DNA of 64,000 nucleotides from Takakia lepidozioides (Eukaryota; Plantae; Bryophyta). Positions 49,021 to 63,020 of this stretch are shown here, in pieces. Location of the stretch: contig CM060734.1 of NCBI GenBank assembly GCA_030704615.1, positions 44,144,001 to 44,208,000 on the forward strand, in the 5' to 3' direction. Each line of letters opens with the position of its first letter. The stretch's first letter is position 1. Under the pieces are notes generated by a model. The model had not been told where the DNA came from and did not search any database. It saw nothing but the letters and a program-made list of their open reading frames with translations. Made by a program: the position numbers and the translations under genes.

Positions 49021-49534
49021 TCGCATGTACCTCTGTTTACCAACTTTAAAAGTCTCGAGGCTGAGCCAAACGCCCGGGCCCTTTTGGGGCCTAGTTATTG
49101 GGCAAACCATACACAGCAGGTTGATGCTTGTTAAAGGGATTTCTAGAGGATATCTGGAAAACCCGGATCAATTGTTTATTCCAAGGTAAGTATTACTACG
49201 GGAAAACCACCATAGATCCACCAACAAGCTACTTGCAGAGTTCAACATCAGAATTTAGGGATGACTCTGATAACAGGATCTCAGGGCCGAGTCTCATGAG
49301 AGATAAAACAGGCTGAAACAGGTCGAAAAAGATGGTGCCCTCACCACATTGCGTGAAACCCCTCCGCGCTCGAGCACGCCCTTCCCCGCGCTGCTTTTCG
49401 GGCATTTTGGGCAAGTTCCAAAGAAATTGACGACGACGATGACGTGTCTACGATGACCTGGCTACGATGTGTGGCGACGATGATAAAATATGGTGGCCCT
49501 TACATGGAACGTTTAGATGTGTCTAATTTAAGCT

Positions 49535-50276
49535 CTACCAAGCTATGCTTTTGCTCCAGTTGTCGTCATTCAACTCTGTCTCCTTTCGTGCTTTGGCCAA
49601 CAGTTTGACCCCTTTTAGTTGGAATGAAAGCCCGTGTTTCTTGTGACGAAAATTCATCCAATATCGGATGTTACACTTGACTGCAACGAGATCCCCTGAA
49701 CGTACGGATTCTCCATCCATTTTTTGGCCATTTTCGTTAAGGACTTCTATTGTATTGTATATCTCATCGTTGTTTGTTTTTTGATGTTTGTTGTTACCGG
49801 ACGTCGAGCCAGAGTTGTTTGCGTTAGTTTTTAGGAGCTTTTTCGTGAAGCTCATGTTGTTTCCACCCATCCACGTCATGTCCTCGCCTCTCCTCCTTCA
49901 ATTATTGAACCATTCTGTATTGTATTTGCGTAGTCGAACAAGAAATGGCTGTCTTCTTTCAATATTGTGAATTTTGCATCTTTTAGTTCTTTGGCGAAAG
50001 TCACGAATCTGTAATTCCCGGTTTTGCCAAGGTAGGGAATTTTGCAATATCTACGAAGATTGCTATTTCTTCACGGTCCAAAGGGACGTTCCACCAGGTG
50101 TTGTGGAAGTTTGTACTGTAGGGCAGGCGCTTCCATGTGTTCCCCACCTTTAGGGCATGATGGTAATTGGACGTGAAACTGTCGTATATCACGTTTGCCA
50201 TGTCTTGGTGGGTTATTTCCTGGATTTGTTGGTCTGTTACAGTGTCTATTGTGTTGGCTATTTCTGACGTTGACAT
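49535..50276 (-). pseudogene. Hypothetical protein (about two frameshifts); C-terminal half resembles an OB-fold ssDNA-binding protein
   Basis: MSTSEIANT..., IPYLGKTGNYRF..FAKELKDAKF, ...VRSGDLVAVKCNIRYW....GLSFQLKGVKLL...DDNW...W*; AT-richer than the flanks; (GA)n upstream at about 50298-50339. Confidence 0.45.
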
Positions 50277-50295
50277 GGTTGTTTGTATGTATGGT

Positions 50296-50340
<45 letters not shown>

Positions 50341-50849
50341 AGGGGCAAATGAAAGTATATATCGGTGGGTTTTTTAAGAGAATTAAACCCTAAGAGTGCG
50401 ACTTTAAAATTAATCACGCTAATCTATAGAACAGTGGCTTTTTCTCTCAGACCGAGGTTGATGCTACACTGCTTTGCTGGGAAGTTAGGTGCAAAGTGCA
50501 ATGTAACATTATGTTATACTCCTCCGCTTCACCTGTACCTGGAAGCATCATTCGATTAGGGACCCTCTCACAATCGGTTATGTTTTTAGCAGCAACACCT
50601 AGTGAAGACGAAAGGCCTAGTCCATTGATGTTTGATTCAGGCCCAGCTTTGCTGATTGAGGAATTCCAATAGAAGATGGCCCTTCACTTCCTGCTCACAA
50701 TTGTTTTGTTCCTATCATAAAACCAGAGAACCTCACATCAGAACGTATAGGCTTACAAATACATACAGATCCATGTGCACTTTTTCAGTGCTCAAAGACT
50801 GGCACAGGCATCAGAATATACATGAGGTTCACCTACCAGGCATCACCCA

Positions 50850-53530
50850 TTCACAATCTCCAAAGCCTCCCTGCCACACCCAGTACATAAACAAAGTACA
50901 CATAAGTTCCTTGCTTTGCATCCTCAATGCACCCACCTTGGGCATACATGTCCACCAGGGCAGAGTTCAGAATGACATCTGGTACAATTCCAGCTTTGAC
51001 AATGTCACCATAGACCTCTTTTGACCTTTTCCAGGGCTGCCAGGCTTGCACAAGCATTGCAATCACACAAAAACATGATGTGGTTGGGCTTCACCCCTTC
51101 CCCCATAATTTGATCATAGGTCTCCAAATCCACCATCCCACGTCCCTATTGTGCATACCCTGCGATGCCCCTACTGGTCTTGTCCGTGTCTTGACATGAC
51201 ATTAATATCTTCCCTCAGTCCCATCACGATGTGGAGAGAGAGGAAGTGAGAGAGACACACAAACGTAATGTGGTTGGGCTGTGAATTTCCTTTGGCGCAT
51301 CCTTGGCGTGAATCCACTTTGGATAATGTGAGTGTGCACCTACTTTCCCACTTCCAGACCTTTCATCTTGATGCACTTAAGCAAGAGACAGACAAACGTA
51401 TCTGAATCTGCTGAAATGCCTCCCACATTAATTGGCATACATGTCCACGAGGGTATTGTTCAGAATGACATCTGGTACAATTCCAGCTTTCGCGATGTCA
51501 CCATGCACCTCTTTGCCATTTTGCCCGGCTTGCACATGCATTGCAAATGCACACACAAACATGATGTGGTTGGGCTGTGAACTTCCTTTGGCGCATCCTT
51601 GGCGTGAATCCACTTTGGATAATGTGAGTGTGCGCCTATTTTCCCGCTTCCAGACCTTTCATCTTGATGCACTTAAGCAAGAGACAGACAAACGTATCTG
51701 AATCTGCTGAAATGCCTCCCACATTAATTGGCATACATGTCCACGAGGGTATTGTTCAGAATGACATCTAGTACAATTCCAGCTTTCGCGATGTCACCAT
51801 GCACCTCTTTGCCCTTTTCCAGGGCTGCCAGGCTTGCACAGGCATTGCAAATGCACACACGTGATACGGTTGGGCTTCACCCCTTCGCACATCATTTGCT
51901 CATACGTCTCCAAAGCCTCCATCCCGCGCCCCTGCTGTGCATATCCTGCGAGCATCGCACTCCACGACACCACATCTCGTTCCGCCATATTGTCGAACAC
52001 TCCCTTTGCATGCTCGATGCTCCCACATTTGGCATACATGTCCACCACGGTATTGTTCAGGATCACATCTGGTACGATTCCAGCTCTGACGATGTCGCCA
52101 TGCACCTCTTTGCCCTTGCCCTTTTCCAGGGCTGCCAGGCTTGCACACGCACTGCAAACGCACACAAACGTGATGTGGTCGGGCTTCACCCCTTCCCCCA
52201 TCATTTGCTCATAGGTCTCCAAAGCATTCGTACCACACCCATGCTTGGTAAATCCTGCCAACATTATATTCCATGTGATCAAAGATCGTTGAGGCACTCT
52301 ATTGAACACTTGGTGAGCATCCATGATGCTCCCGCACTTAACATACATGTTGACAAGGGTGCTGAGGAGAAAAACATTTGGCGTGAATCCACTTTAGATA
52401 ATGTGAGTGTGCACCTGCTTTCCAGCTTCCAGGCCTTTCACCTTGATGCACTTATGCAAGAGACAGACATACGTTTCTGAATCTGCTGAAATGCCTCCTT
52501 GGTTTAAAGTCTGTAGAGCCTCTTTCAATCTGCCTGCCTCACAAAGCATCTTCACATGCCCAGAAGTGCCAGAAGAGGCATTGTGGACTCCCTCTCTTGA
52601 TGCCTGGCTCCCTGGTAAAGGGCAAGAGGTGCATGGTTGCATCACCAAATCTGCGAAGGGAGGGCTCGACACTATGGCCGAACGTGATGTGGTGTCGTGG
52701 AACACGATGCTTAGTGCACTTTGGCTGCATGGTAGACGCAATGAGCATAGGAACTAGTGTGATAAGCTGAGTTGGGTGTTTCCTAGAACAAATCTAGGCT
52801 GTCATTGTCAGCTGTTAGCAGCAAGGCAAGGATGAATGCATGATTTGTGCAGAGGCATGGATAGCTGAAGGAGCAGGGGTAGAGTGTGTATACAGAATCA
52901 TCCAAGAGGGCTAGATTTCAAGCACAAGATTACCTATGATTCCCTGTGGATCAATAGCTACAAGAAACCTGCATGGGTAGATGGTCAACTAAAGGCAGCA
53001 GCTGCAGCGGCCCAGTTGATAAAATCAGGCACCTCAACCATGACCACAGTCTCTGGAATCCCCTCCCCCCTTAGCACATCATTTGCTCATAGGTCTCCAA
53101 AGCCTCCATCCCGTGCATACATGTCAACCAGGGCAGTGTTCAGGATGACATCTGGTACAATTCCAGCTTTGACGATGTCACCATGGACCTCTTTCCATCC
53201 CGCACCCTTGCTGTGCATAGCCTGCAATCATCGCACTCCACGACACCACATCTCGTTCAGCCATACTTTCGAGCACTCCCTTGGGATCCTCGATGCACGC
53301 ACATTTGACATACATTTCCACCAGGGTAGTGTTCAGAATGACATCTGGTACAATTCCAGCTTTGACGATGTCAGCAGGGACCTCTTTCCCCTTTTCCAGA
53401 GCTCCTAGGCTTGCACACGCATTGCAAACACAAACAAATGTGATGTGGTTGGGCTTCACCCCTTCGCGCAGCATTTGCTCCTAGGTCTCCAAAGTATTCC
53501 TACCACACCCATGCTTGGTAAATCCTGCCA
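50850..53530 (-). pseudogene. PPR fragments with a tandem duplication of about 299 bp (about 51257-51850) and an inverted segment (52602-53060)
   Basis: ORF 51794-52348 P-L-S; leader 52394-52600; plus-strand PPR and leader piece at 52602-53060. Confidence 0.85.
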
Positions 53531-54345
53531 AGAAATGAGGGGGAGTTGAACCCCCTTTTCCCAATATGCAGACACTTCCACACGTGATGAGACACCTCAA
53601 ATCCATTCACACTTGACAGCAGCGAGGCAACAGGATCAGAGCTTGTTCTGGAGGACTATGCATATTCAACAAATGCTTCAGAACCTGCAGGAACAAAAAC
53701 TAAAATTACAAGCTGGACCAGAGAGAGAGAGAGAGAGAGATAAAGAGAAAAACCAGAGCAGTTTTTTGGCTTGTTTGAGATTGGCAGCTCAAGTAGTTAC
53801 CCCCAACCTTGAACTCCAACATGCAAAAACCGATGTTTATAGTGTGAGGCAGTCAAGCCGCATCAATCAATAACAACATACCCAAATACCCTTACAATCA
53901 CTATATGAACTTTCAAGCAGCCACCATGGGATTGGATCTTGGTGGGTTAAGGCTAGCTTTTGACAAGTTCGTCAAGGGCTCCATCCAAAGCCACATCACG
54001 AGAAACAAACAAACATGTCCAAATTTAAGATGCTGAACAAACTTGTGCACAGGGCTGCCCCTCTCATCAAGCTCATTAAAATTCCTATTCACTTCCATCT
54101 TCAAGCCTTGGAGAAGCTCCACCACCCAAACCTAGAATTAGGACAGCACTCTGAGTTCCATCCACTGTCACCAGAATCAGTCAAAAAACACCCTTTCAGT
54201 CAAGTGCAATTATGGGCTGACTTCCCACCTATGCCGGGTAGACCCCATGATGGTCAATACTCCCAGGAAATGGTGGATGGTCTGAGTAGCTACACAGATC
54301 AATGAATGAAGCAAGACACTCGCATCTTTCCAGGAAAACATCATT

Positions 54346-55716
54346 TCACCAGTAATCACCACAAGAACAAATCCCATCTTCAAAGTGGTGACAGCGGATA
54401 GCGTCCCGTACAACAATTGCTCGGCCAACAATCTTTGAGATGAATTTGGTGGAGGTGTGGCAGTCACCACACACTCGAAGATTCTTGATGAGATGGAGAG
54501 GCGTCCTAGGGGTCGTCTGATCAGCCCAAAACCAATGGCCAGCTTCTCACTGTGGTGGCAAAGAGAAAATTTCTTTTCCTCCTCCCCACATCATGCAATG
54601 CAAAACGTGTGTCAGGCACATACCCCGCCTCCTTCATCTGCCCAGACAATCTTCTCAGCTCAGCATGGATTTCCTTAATTCTGGGATGCAACTTGTCATC
54701 TGCAACGAAGGTGTGCACCCTGTTGCCAACCTCAATGCAGCAGCGACCTGGCTCCTTTTTAACCCCTCTCACCTTCATCATTCTTCTCACCTGTGCAGTA
54801 TCATCCACCTGCCAGCTGCAGCATAGATGTTTGATAGCAACACATAAGTCGCGACATCCTGTTCATCCTACTTGAGGATAGATGTTGCCGCACATTCCGC
54901 CATCTCCACATTGCCATGGATTCTGCAGGCACCAAGCAAGGCCTTCCACACCACAACATCTGGATTGATGGGCATTTTGTTAATCAGGTCCACTGCCTCA
55001 TCCAGTTGTCCCGCACGTCCAAGAAGGTCCACCATGCAGCCAAAGTGCTTTACTGTCGGAGTGACACCATGATCTTGACTCAGGGAATCCCAGTAGTGTC
55101 TTCCTTCATTCAGTAGGCCAGTGTGGCTGCATGCAGAGAGAACACATATAAAGGTTGTCCAGCTTCAAGCCTTTCTTTTGCATTCCTTCAAATAGTTGCA
55201 GGACTTCCCTATGACAACATGTTGGGTATATCCTGCGATCATCGCATTCCACATCTGGCATACATGTCCACAAGGGTATTGTTCATAACCACATCTGGTA
55301 CAATTCCAGCTTTGGCGGTGCACCCATGCCCTTTTCCAGGGCTGCCAGGCTTGCATACACACTGCAAACGCACACAAACGTGATGTGGTTGGGCTTCACC
55401 ACTTCCCCCATCATTTGTTCATAGGTCTCCAAAGCCTCCATCCCGTGCCCCTGCTGTGCATACCCTGCAAGCATTGCGTTCCACGACACCACATCTCGTT
55501 CAGCCACAGTGTTGAAAACTCCCTTCGCATCCTCGCGATCCACCCACATTTGGCATATATCCATCAGGGCAGTGTTCAGGATGACATCTGGTGCAATTCC
55601 AGCTTTGACGATGTCATCATGGACCTCTTTCGCCTTTTCCAGAGCTCCCAGGCTTGCACATGCATTGCAACCACAAACAAAGGTGATGTGGTCGGGCTTC
55701 ACCCCTTCACACATCT
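54346..55716 (-). pseudogene. Second PPR-E-DYW copy (5'-truncated, frameshifted)
   Basis: [34 protein letters not shown] (stop 54346-54348); downstream flank 53860-54345 is paralogous to 22132-22682. Confidence 0.92.
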
Positions 55717-56362
55717 TTTGCTCCAAGATAGTGCTGCTTACTACCCTTGCTAGGCAGCATCTTGCATTCAATAGGATTCTTGTGCACTCTACATGCTAAA
55801 GGCCGAGGGCCTGAAAAGAGAGAAGGAAAGGATTGGCCATACATTCAAGCTAACAGTGAGAGATGTTCTCTCAACAATGTTCAGTTCATAGCGCTAGAAA
55901 AGGAGAACCCTGCACCTCTAGGGTTCATGAGCTCTGCCATGCTTTATGGAGTCATTATAAGGTGCATGGCCGATGACCTCTCAAGTACTGCCACTTCAGC
56001 AGGATTCCCAAGGTAGCAGCTTCAAGGAACCTATGGATCTCATGCCTTTTCCTTAAGCATGATAGAGATGCAGAAACTGCACAGTTTGGTGAGGCATGCA
56101 AGATAAGTATGCCTGCAGACCGTGGTGGTAAGAACCCTCCACACCCGATATATGAAGCGCTCAAATTTTGTACCCAATCAGCAGTGTACAGAATATTATA
56201 CCTGTAGCCATTACCCTACATATTTTAGAAGGTTTGGATCTTTGTGAGGATGAAGATAGCACGGTCAAAATACAGAAAGAGTTCAACATTCTCACCTGAT
56301 TTAGGAAGTGTTCACAAACCTATAGATATTGTCACACCTGAAGTGAGCAAAATATGTAACCC

Positions 56363-57368
56363 TCAAGTTATATATTTAAGGATGATCGGATCATTCTGGT
56401 CCTGCTCAAAGTACTCTCGCCCGATTAAGTTTTCGACTCGCTGCTTGATCACCATTTCAAAATTAGGCTTGGAGAGCATGCCCACAAATTTTTCCATACA
56501 CTAGAACGAGTTGCGGGTGTGACAAAACTTTCCGACTCTTCATGACACGCATAATTGCTGCATCAATGGCGTAGTGCCTATCCTTGTACACATTGTGTAT
56601 GGCTGTCTTCTTCTCATCTAAGGGTGGCAAGGGAATCTTGACCCGACTCATCTCTTGAGTGAAATTGGCATTGAATTCAAACCATTCTGTCTCTCCCACA
56701 GGTTCTGTACCAGGGGTTTTCTTCAGAATCTTGTAGTTGGCACGTAACAAAGAATGAAGCAATCTGAGAGTCTCACCATTTTCTAGATTCACTTGCCTCT
56801 TAATCTCAGAGTAGCTCAACCTGTCTGATACGTTGAATAGCAGAAGAATTACAGCCTGATAGGTGGAAACAATGAGCTCAATGGGCTTGGCATCAAACAT
56901 TGCGCTTGTAATACATGAACCTAAAGAATATATCCACCTCAACTTCCGACGCTTTTTTGTTGTCTCGTGGAACTCATTGAACACTTGAACACATTCAACC
57001 ATCTCTAGAGGCAAAGCAAGGTCCGAAGAACTGTACCTCGGCCAGAACCTGGAGGTGAGAACTTTCACTGAAAAATCAATTTTCGAGGTCCTGTTTGAGG
57101 TAGTTACATTGTGGGCTACATAATCCTCGAACAGGCTGTGGTTCTCCTCTGCCAGAACTGTGAGGTCTGTGATCACGCCCTTCATTTTGGAGGAATATTG
57201 TTCACCCCATTGTTGCCTCAATTTCATCAGAAAGCTGGTCATGACTGACATTGGCGGTTACATTGGTCAAGAGTCTGCGAGCCAATTTCTTCCTGCATAA
57301 TTCTGCAAAGTGGTCCTTGTCAATATTGATGTACAGAAGAAGTTTTATCATCTTTTGAATGGTCTCTT
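56363..57368 (-). pseudogene. CUL1: Intronless cullin-1-like C-terminal fragment (probable retrocopy)
   Basis: DKDHFAEL.RKKLARRLL, F.VKVLT...WP, RKLRWIYSLG, IELIVSTYQA..LLLFN, DRHYAIDAAIMRVMKSRK (neddylation motif), IKQRVENLIGREY...KYIT*; two frameshifts, no introns. Confidence 0.9.
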
Positions 57369-57369
57369 C

Positions 57370-58660
57370 AACTGCTGCGCAGCGCCTTTAATTGACCATC
57401 TACGCATGCAGGTTTCTTGTAGCTATTGATCCACAGGAAATCATACGTAATCTTGTGCTTGAAATCTGGCCCTCTTGGATATCTGGACCCACACTCTATC
57501 CCTTCTCCTTCAGCTATCCATGCCTCTGCACAAATCATACATTCATCTTTGCCCTTGCTGCTAGCAGCTGACAATGACAGCCTAGATTTGTTCTAGGAAA
57601 CACCCAATCACACTAGTTCCTATGCTGAATTGCGTCTGCTACTCTCTGTCATCTAACAGGCATTCAACGTTTTGCCTCTGTTGTCCCACCATTGAATGGG
57701 GGCAAAAAAGTATTCATTCCAAACCCTCTCCTCATCTTTGTTACCTGTTTTTGGATACTTTCATGTTATCGCATTGGCAGTATCATGTCAAAGTCACTCC
57801 AAACTAGATTCAGTCAACCAGCTAACTTGCAGAATTCAACATGGAAATTTAGGACTGATGGCATGAAGTTCTTCTAGCAGACATCCCAACCCTACTTATT
57901 ACAGTAGTTTCAATTCTGAATTTCATCTGCTTCTCTCTGTAGTCCAACAGGCATTCACCTTTTTGTCTCCATTGTCCCACCAGTGACTCGGGTTGGAAAA
58001 GTGTTCATTCCAAAGCTTCTCCTCATCTCTGTTATCTGCTTTTGGATACTTTCCTACTGCCACATCGGCAGTCACTTGTCAAAGTCACTCCAAACCACCA
58101 CAGATCCACCCAACGAACTAACTTACAGAATTCAATATGCATCTCAGGGCCGAGTCTGATGAGAGGGCAAAACAGGCTGAAATAGGTTGAAGAAGAAGGT
58201 GTCCTTGACCTTGTGACCCATGGAGACCATCAACCCAAAAGGACCTCTTGTGTGTGCTGCTTGTGTCTGTGGTCAGGTAATGTCGGATTGGTCTGTGTGA
58301 ACCACCACGGTGCAGCTAAGCAGGCAGAGATTGAAACACGGCCTGCTAAGACCAAGCCGACTCTCCCAAGAACCTTGTAAACATCAGGAAGAATACCAAA
58401 TCATGGTACTAACAGGAGCCAAGAGCCCACATTTGCAGGATGGACAAACTTCTTCACATCGTACAGTCTCCAATGCCTCCATCCCACATCCATGCTAGGC
58501 AAACCCTGCGACCATCAGATTCCAAGAGACTAATTTCGCTAAGCCATACTGTCGAACACTGCCTTTGCATTCTTCACACTTGGCATACATGTCCACCACA
58601 GTAGTGTCCAGAATGATAGTTGGCGCGATTCCAGCTTTCAATGGCAGCATGGACCTCTCT
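57370..58660 (-). other. PPR-gene 5' leader/UTR modules and a short PPR fragment
   Basis: Homologous to parts of 27060-28860 and to 52760-53000. Confidence 0.75.
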
Positions 58661-58849
58661 GGAGCTTGAAATCCGGCCCTCTTGGATGAATCTGAACGTA
58701 TTCATTCCAGACCTTCTCCTCTCTCTATTATCTGTGAAAAAGGTTGTGCAGCATGTAGGATCTCCCTCCGAGATCGGTGTGAGACACCCCTCCATGCTCA
58801 ACCACGTTGGGGCATCATCGTCGCTTCCCCGCGCTGCAAGACACGGTTA

Positions 58850-59030
58850 TTTTCGGGCAGTACGGGCAGATTAAAAAAATTGACGACGTACGAAACGTGG
58901 TGACGAAACGTGGCGACGATTACGTGGTTACGATGAGATGGCTACGAAACGTGGCGACGATGATGTGGCACTAAGGCACCCTATATCTGCTCTACGCTAA
59001 ACTAGCTCTCAACCTACGGTCGTCACTAGA
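58850..59030. repeat. GACGA/CTAG-hairpin repeat, diverged and truncated copy
   Basis: CGGGCAG x2, GACGACG repeats, CTGCTCTACGCTAAACTAGC...GGTCGTCACTAGAA. Confidence 0.7.
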
Positions 59031-59580
59031 ATTTATGTGTATATTGTGAGCCCCAGCAGACTACCTTATGTGTTTTGTGGGCCCAGCAGACCAGCTTGTG
59101 GGGTAGACGACTGGGCGGGTCCCCTCCCACCCTCCGCGATGCCAAGTAATAGAAGTGCCTGGGGAGTTGAATGCCTTGACAGCCCTTTGTGGATCTCCAA
59201 GCGACGGCCCACCCGGGCCTCCCCTGGGCGACCCACCCTCCGTGGTCGCTTCGCCGACCCGCGGTTCAATACATGAATGGCCGAATTACATGATCCCCAA
59301 AACCCATGCAGTCCACATGCATGCATCCTCATACCCATGCATCCACCCCATCCATGTCCAACCCACACATGAACTGCACATGCCTCATTTATGGAAGGTA
59401 TTTGAAATTCAAATTTCAAAATTGAAAATGCAAGAAGGCTGCGGTTGTTCCCGCCCTGACATCTGTACATTGAGGTGAAGAATTGGAATCTTGCATCTCA
59501 CCGTCTTCTATAATATTTTGCTTCCAAATACGTGCGTTCTGCTTCCATTTCGAACCACTACACTCTCGTGTACTGCAAGC

Positions 59581-60693
59581 ATGGCCACCGCCCCATTGCC
59601 AAATGTTGTTGCTCCTCGCTTGGTTGCAGAATTGCGAATTGTCGTGCAGACCCCTTCCCCAGGCACGTTCACACACCATGTATTGATGTGGAGGTCGGGC
59701 CCAATGGCATGGAGGTGCACCTGACTATAGGACAGCCGATGTCACGTTCATTCCATGGGATTGGGTTGATGACTTTATTGCAGGAGAGTCGGCTCGCTCA
59801 GATGCCCCTTGTAAGTTCACCAAACAACGACAATTTGTCACCCATGAAGGTGCCCTGCACACTCCACTGATCAACAGCTGTTTACAAATGACAAGGTGAT
59901 TATCTACAGTCCTTTGACATATTTCTGCAATGGTTCGTGCATGTCAACAATGCATGTCTCTGAACCTCTGTCGTTTCTCTAATGCTATGCTCGTTTCTGC
60001 TTCAGGTACCATTGCTCTTACAGTCCTACAAACCATTCCATGGCCGTTATGCAGATCAGAAAAGACAGGCGGCCCAAAAATGAAAACGACCTCCTCCGAA
60101 AAATCCACAACAACAGATGTCAACTGCGTCTACGTCTGGAATAGCCGAACCGAAACCAAAGCAAAGAAGAATAATAGGGAAGAAAGTCCAGGGGAGGGCA
60201 TCAAACGAGGTTGTACATGCCGATTCATAGTAAAATAGTGCTATCTTGATCCCGGAATCGCTATGTTGGTGTACTACCAGAAGAACCACGTCAATAGACA
60301 TAGTGTTCATGTTCACGGGCCTTCCTATGAGAAATCGCGGCATGCTATTGCACCTCATTAACGACATGAGACTAGTGTGGATCCTACACCAACTACGCCT
60401 AGGTCTCTCTATTAACAAAATAATGGCGAACCACACAAAAAGTGAAAGACATCATGGAAGGCGGGTTGGAGGTTACCCGAGATACGTTCTTGTTGTCGCA
60501 TGATATCAGAAACATTGTCAACAGACTTTCAATAGACCTTACGTTCCAAGTAATTATACATGGATCCATGATATGATGATTTGCTGTCGTACCTAAACTC
60601 ACAATTGCTCCCATATTGTTACAGTATCCATTATACACCATGATGGTCTTCGATCAGTGGCTGAATGGAATTCCAGTGGCATATGTTATCACC
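59581..60693 (+). pseudogene. MULE/Mutator-type transposase N-terminal part (plant SWIM-MULE family), with introns, truncated
   Basis: VQTPSPG.F...LMWR, FIPWDWVDDFIAGES, YHCSYSP, KRGCTCRFIVK, HVN...VHG, SIDLTF, YPLYTMMVFDQWLNGIPVAYVI. Confidence 0.75.
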
Positions 60694-62149
60694 AATGTTG
60701 GACCGGTATATAGGTCTTGGGCGGGTATCAACTAAGGTAAGGGTAATGGTATGAAGGATCATACCAGGCGGGTACCTACAAGGGCAAACCTAGCAATACC
60801 CTGGTGGGGTAGGATACATGGACTTCTAGAACCCTGGCGCAAAACATACCAGTCGGGTCTTTTTCCTCGCGCTACCACTCCAATACCATGCATGCGTCGG
60901 TTGAGGGACAGGATGCAGGAGTAGTTTGAGGTTAGGGATACTAACTACATATAGCGTTTCAAGAGGGCACTTCAATGAGGATGAGTTACAGGATGCTAAT
61001 ATGTTTGAAGAGGAGTAGATGAAATGCAATTTGTAGTTTCTACTCTTAAAGAGTGATAGAGAAGAGTTAAGGGCTATTTGGGATATTTTTCAATATTGAA
61101 ATGGGCTATTTGAACAGTTGAAATGACCATTTGAATAGTTGAAATCTTAATATGATTTAAAGGGCCTCCATCCATATTTTATATTTTTAATTATTTTTAT
61201 TTTTAAGAGAAAGAATTGCACTAGTGTATCTGGTACCAGACCCTGGCACATACCAGGCTGGTATGACTTTTAAAAGTTTGTTTAATACCAGGTACAATGG
61301 CACTTTCTGTGTGGTAAAGACAACAACTTATGGCCGATGTGTCGTTTCATTTTGCAGGCATGGTATGAAGTCGTGTTTTCGGACCATGCCCGATTTGGAT
61401 GTTTCCGTGGCAATTCATACAAATCCTATTAACAGGTCGTCATCTATGTCTGCAATGAAGTTGGCTTGGAGCAGTAGGGCAAGCCTCCATGTTTGGGGAG
61501 GATACATGTATGTAGGTTCTTCTCGTCGCATCTGGGTAACAATGAATCCTTCTTGAGGTTTTGGGGCTACTATTCATTAGCAAGCACTTTGCTGATATGG
61601 GTTTTGGCAATTTTGTGATGCTTCATATTCGTGTCCCCCACCGATGCACTCTTCATTCCACTAGTATTCTTTTCTGAAATCCACATAACTGCAGTCCATG
61701 GGATGCCCCTTGTATGTATGGAGAGTTATCCATGTCGGACGAGCACTCCAAATGCAATGCAGGTAGTCCTAATGTGTAATGTGAAATCCATATGAGTATA
61801 TCATTACATAAGAGTACATGACCGATTTGAACATGAAGACAACCACACCAGAATCTTGTATTGCAGTCATGTATGCGGTGTGGCAACACACAGGGACGTA
61901 TGAGACAGCCCAACAACCTTTTTATTGAACATGTGTGAAGCACTCTTTCGGATTACAAATGGCTTCATGTCAATGAGGACACACTGAAATACAACTACAG
62001 AACAAAATGTGAAGATCATGCTATAGTGGACTGACATCAAAGAACTACACAGGAAGAAGGAATAGTGGGTAGTCGTCCTCGTTAGGCACGACAGTCTTGT
62101 GGACATTGGGCAGCCCATGTGGAGTGTGCCCTTTCAACTCCATTTCCAC

Positions 62150-63020
62150 CATACGTTGCATTTCCAGCCTCTTGTGAAGAGCATCTTCCACAGGAAACCA
62201 CGTCTTGTCAAACTGCGCATTGCAAACAAGCACAAAGACGATTACTAGGAAAGGAGGGCACAACACATATGAGACAGCCAAACTGTAGCAGCAAAAATCC
62301 AGAGGTCTTACCGGACCCACCCCATTTGGACGGGGATCAACAAACGTTTCATGGAGGTACATGTCAATGTAATGGGTGCAAAAGTAACCACATTCCCAAT
62401 TCGAAGGTTGTTGGGGTACAAGAGGCCACAACCACCGGGCTGAGGAACATGCCCACTTTCATTCAGGTGATGCATGAACATGTCGCATAGCACTGCCCAC
62501 AATTTGGCCACATCTTAGTGGAGGTGACAATCATGTGAGTTCTAGATAGAGTTGAGGTGCAGGAATCTGTGAGCCTCCAGAATAAGCACGCTCCAGTGGG
62601 AACTACAAAACAACTTGCAATATGTGAGCATGTAAAAAACATGTATGTTGAGACATACACACTATAATGGATGGGATAGGGACTTCATATGCAATGTTGG
62701 AAACAACAAATGGGGATGAAGTCTACTAAAAAAAGACGGGCACAATAAGAGCACGAATGCCTGAAACCATCAAATTCCGAAAACCTTTGCCCTCCTTCCA
62801 TGTTTTTATGGACTCACCTGTACTACCATACTTCTTACAATGCTCTCAAAGTCCCATCCAAGTAAAGGAATGCAAAGCTACATATGTACATGTAACATGG
62901 TGGGGAATAGATAAGCCCTTCCAGGTAATCCAAAAAGCTATCATTCTATCACTACTCCAACCCCTTGGATCTTGAAGATTATCCATGTCTTCCAGGCGCA
63001 AAGGCACATGCTTAGCTGGC
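62150..63020 (-). pseudogene. Ulp1/C48-type SUMO-protease-like gene with introns, degenerate
   Basis: LRLEDMDNLQDPRGWSSDRMIAFW, SHWSVLIL...LHLNS (His; Asp position reads Asn), VPQQPSNWECGYF (Gln, Cys). Confidence 0.75.

Noticed and set aside
60693-61300. hAT-like or MITE insertion truncating the MULE transposase (ATACC/GGTAT-rich ends)
   Set aside because: I could not identify matching terminal inverted repeats or a TSD.
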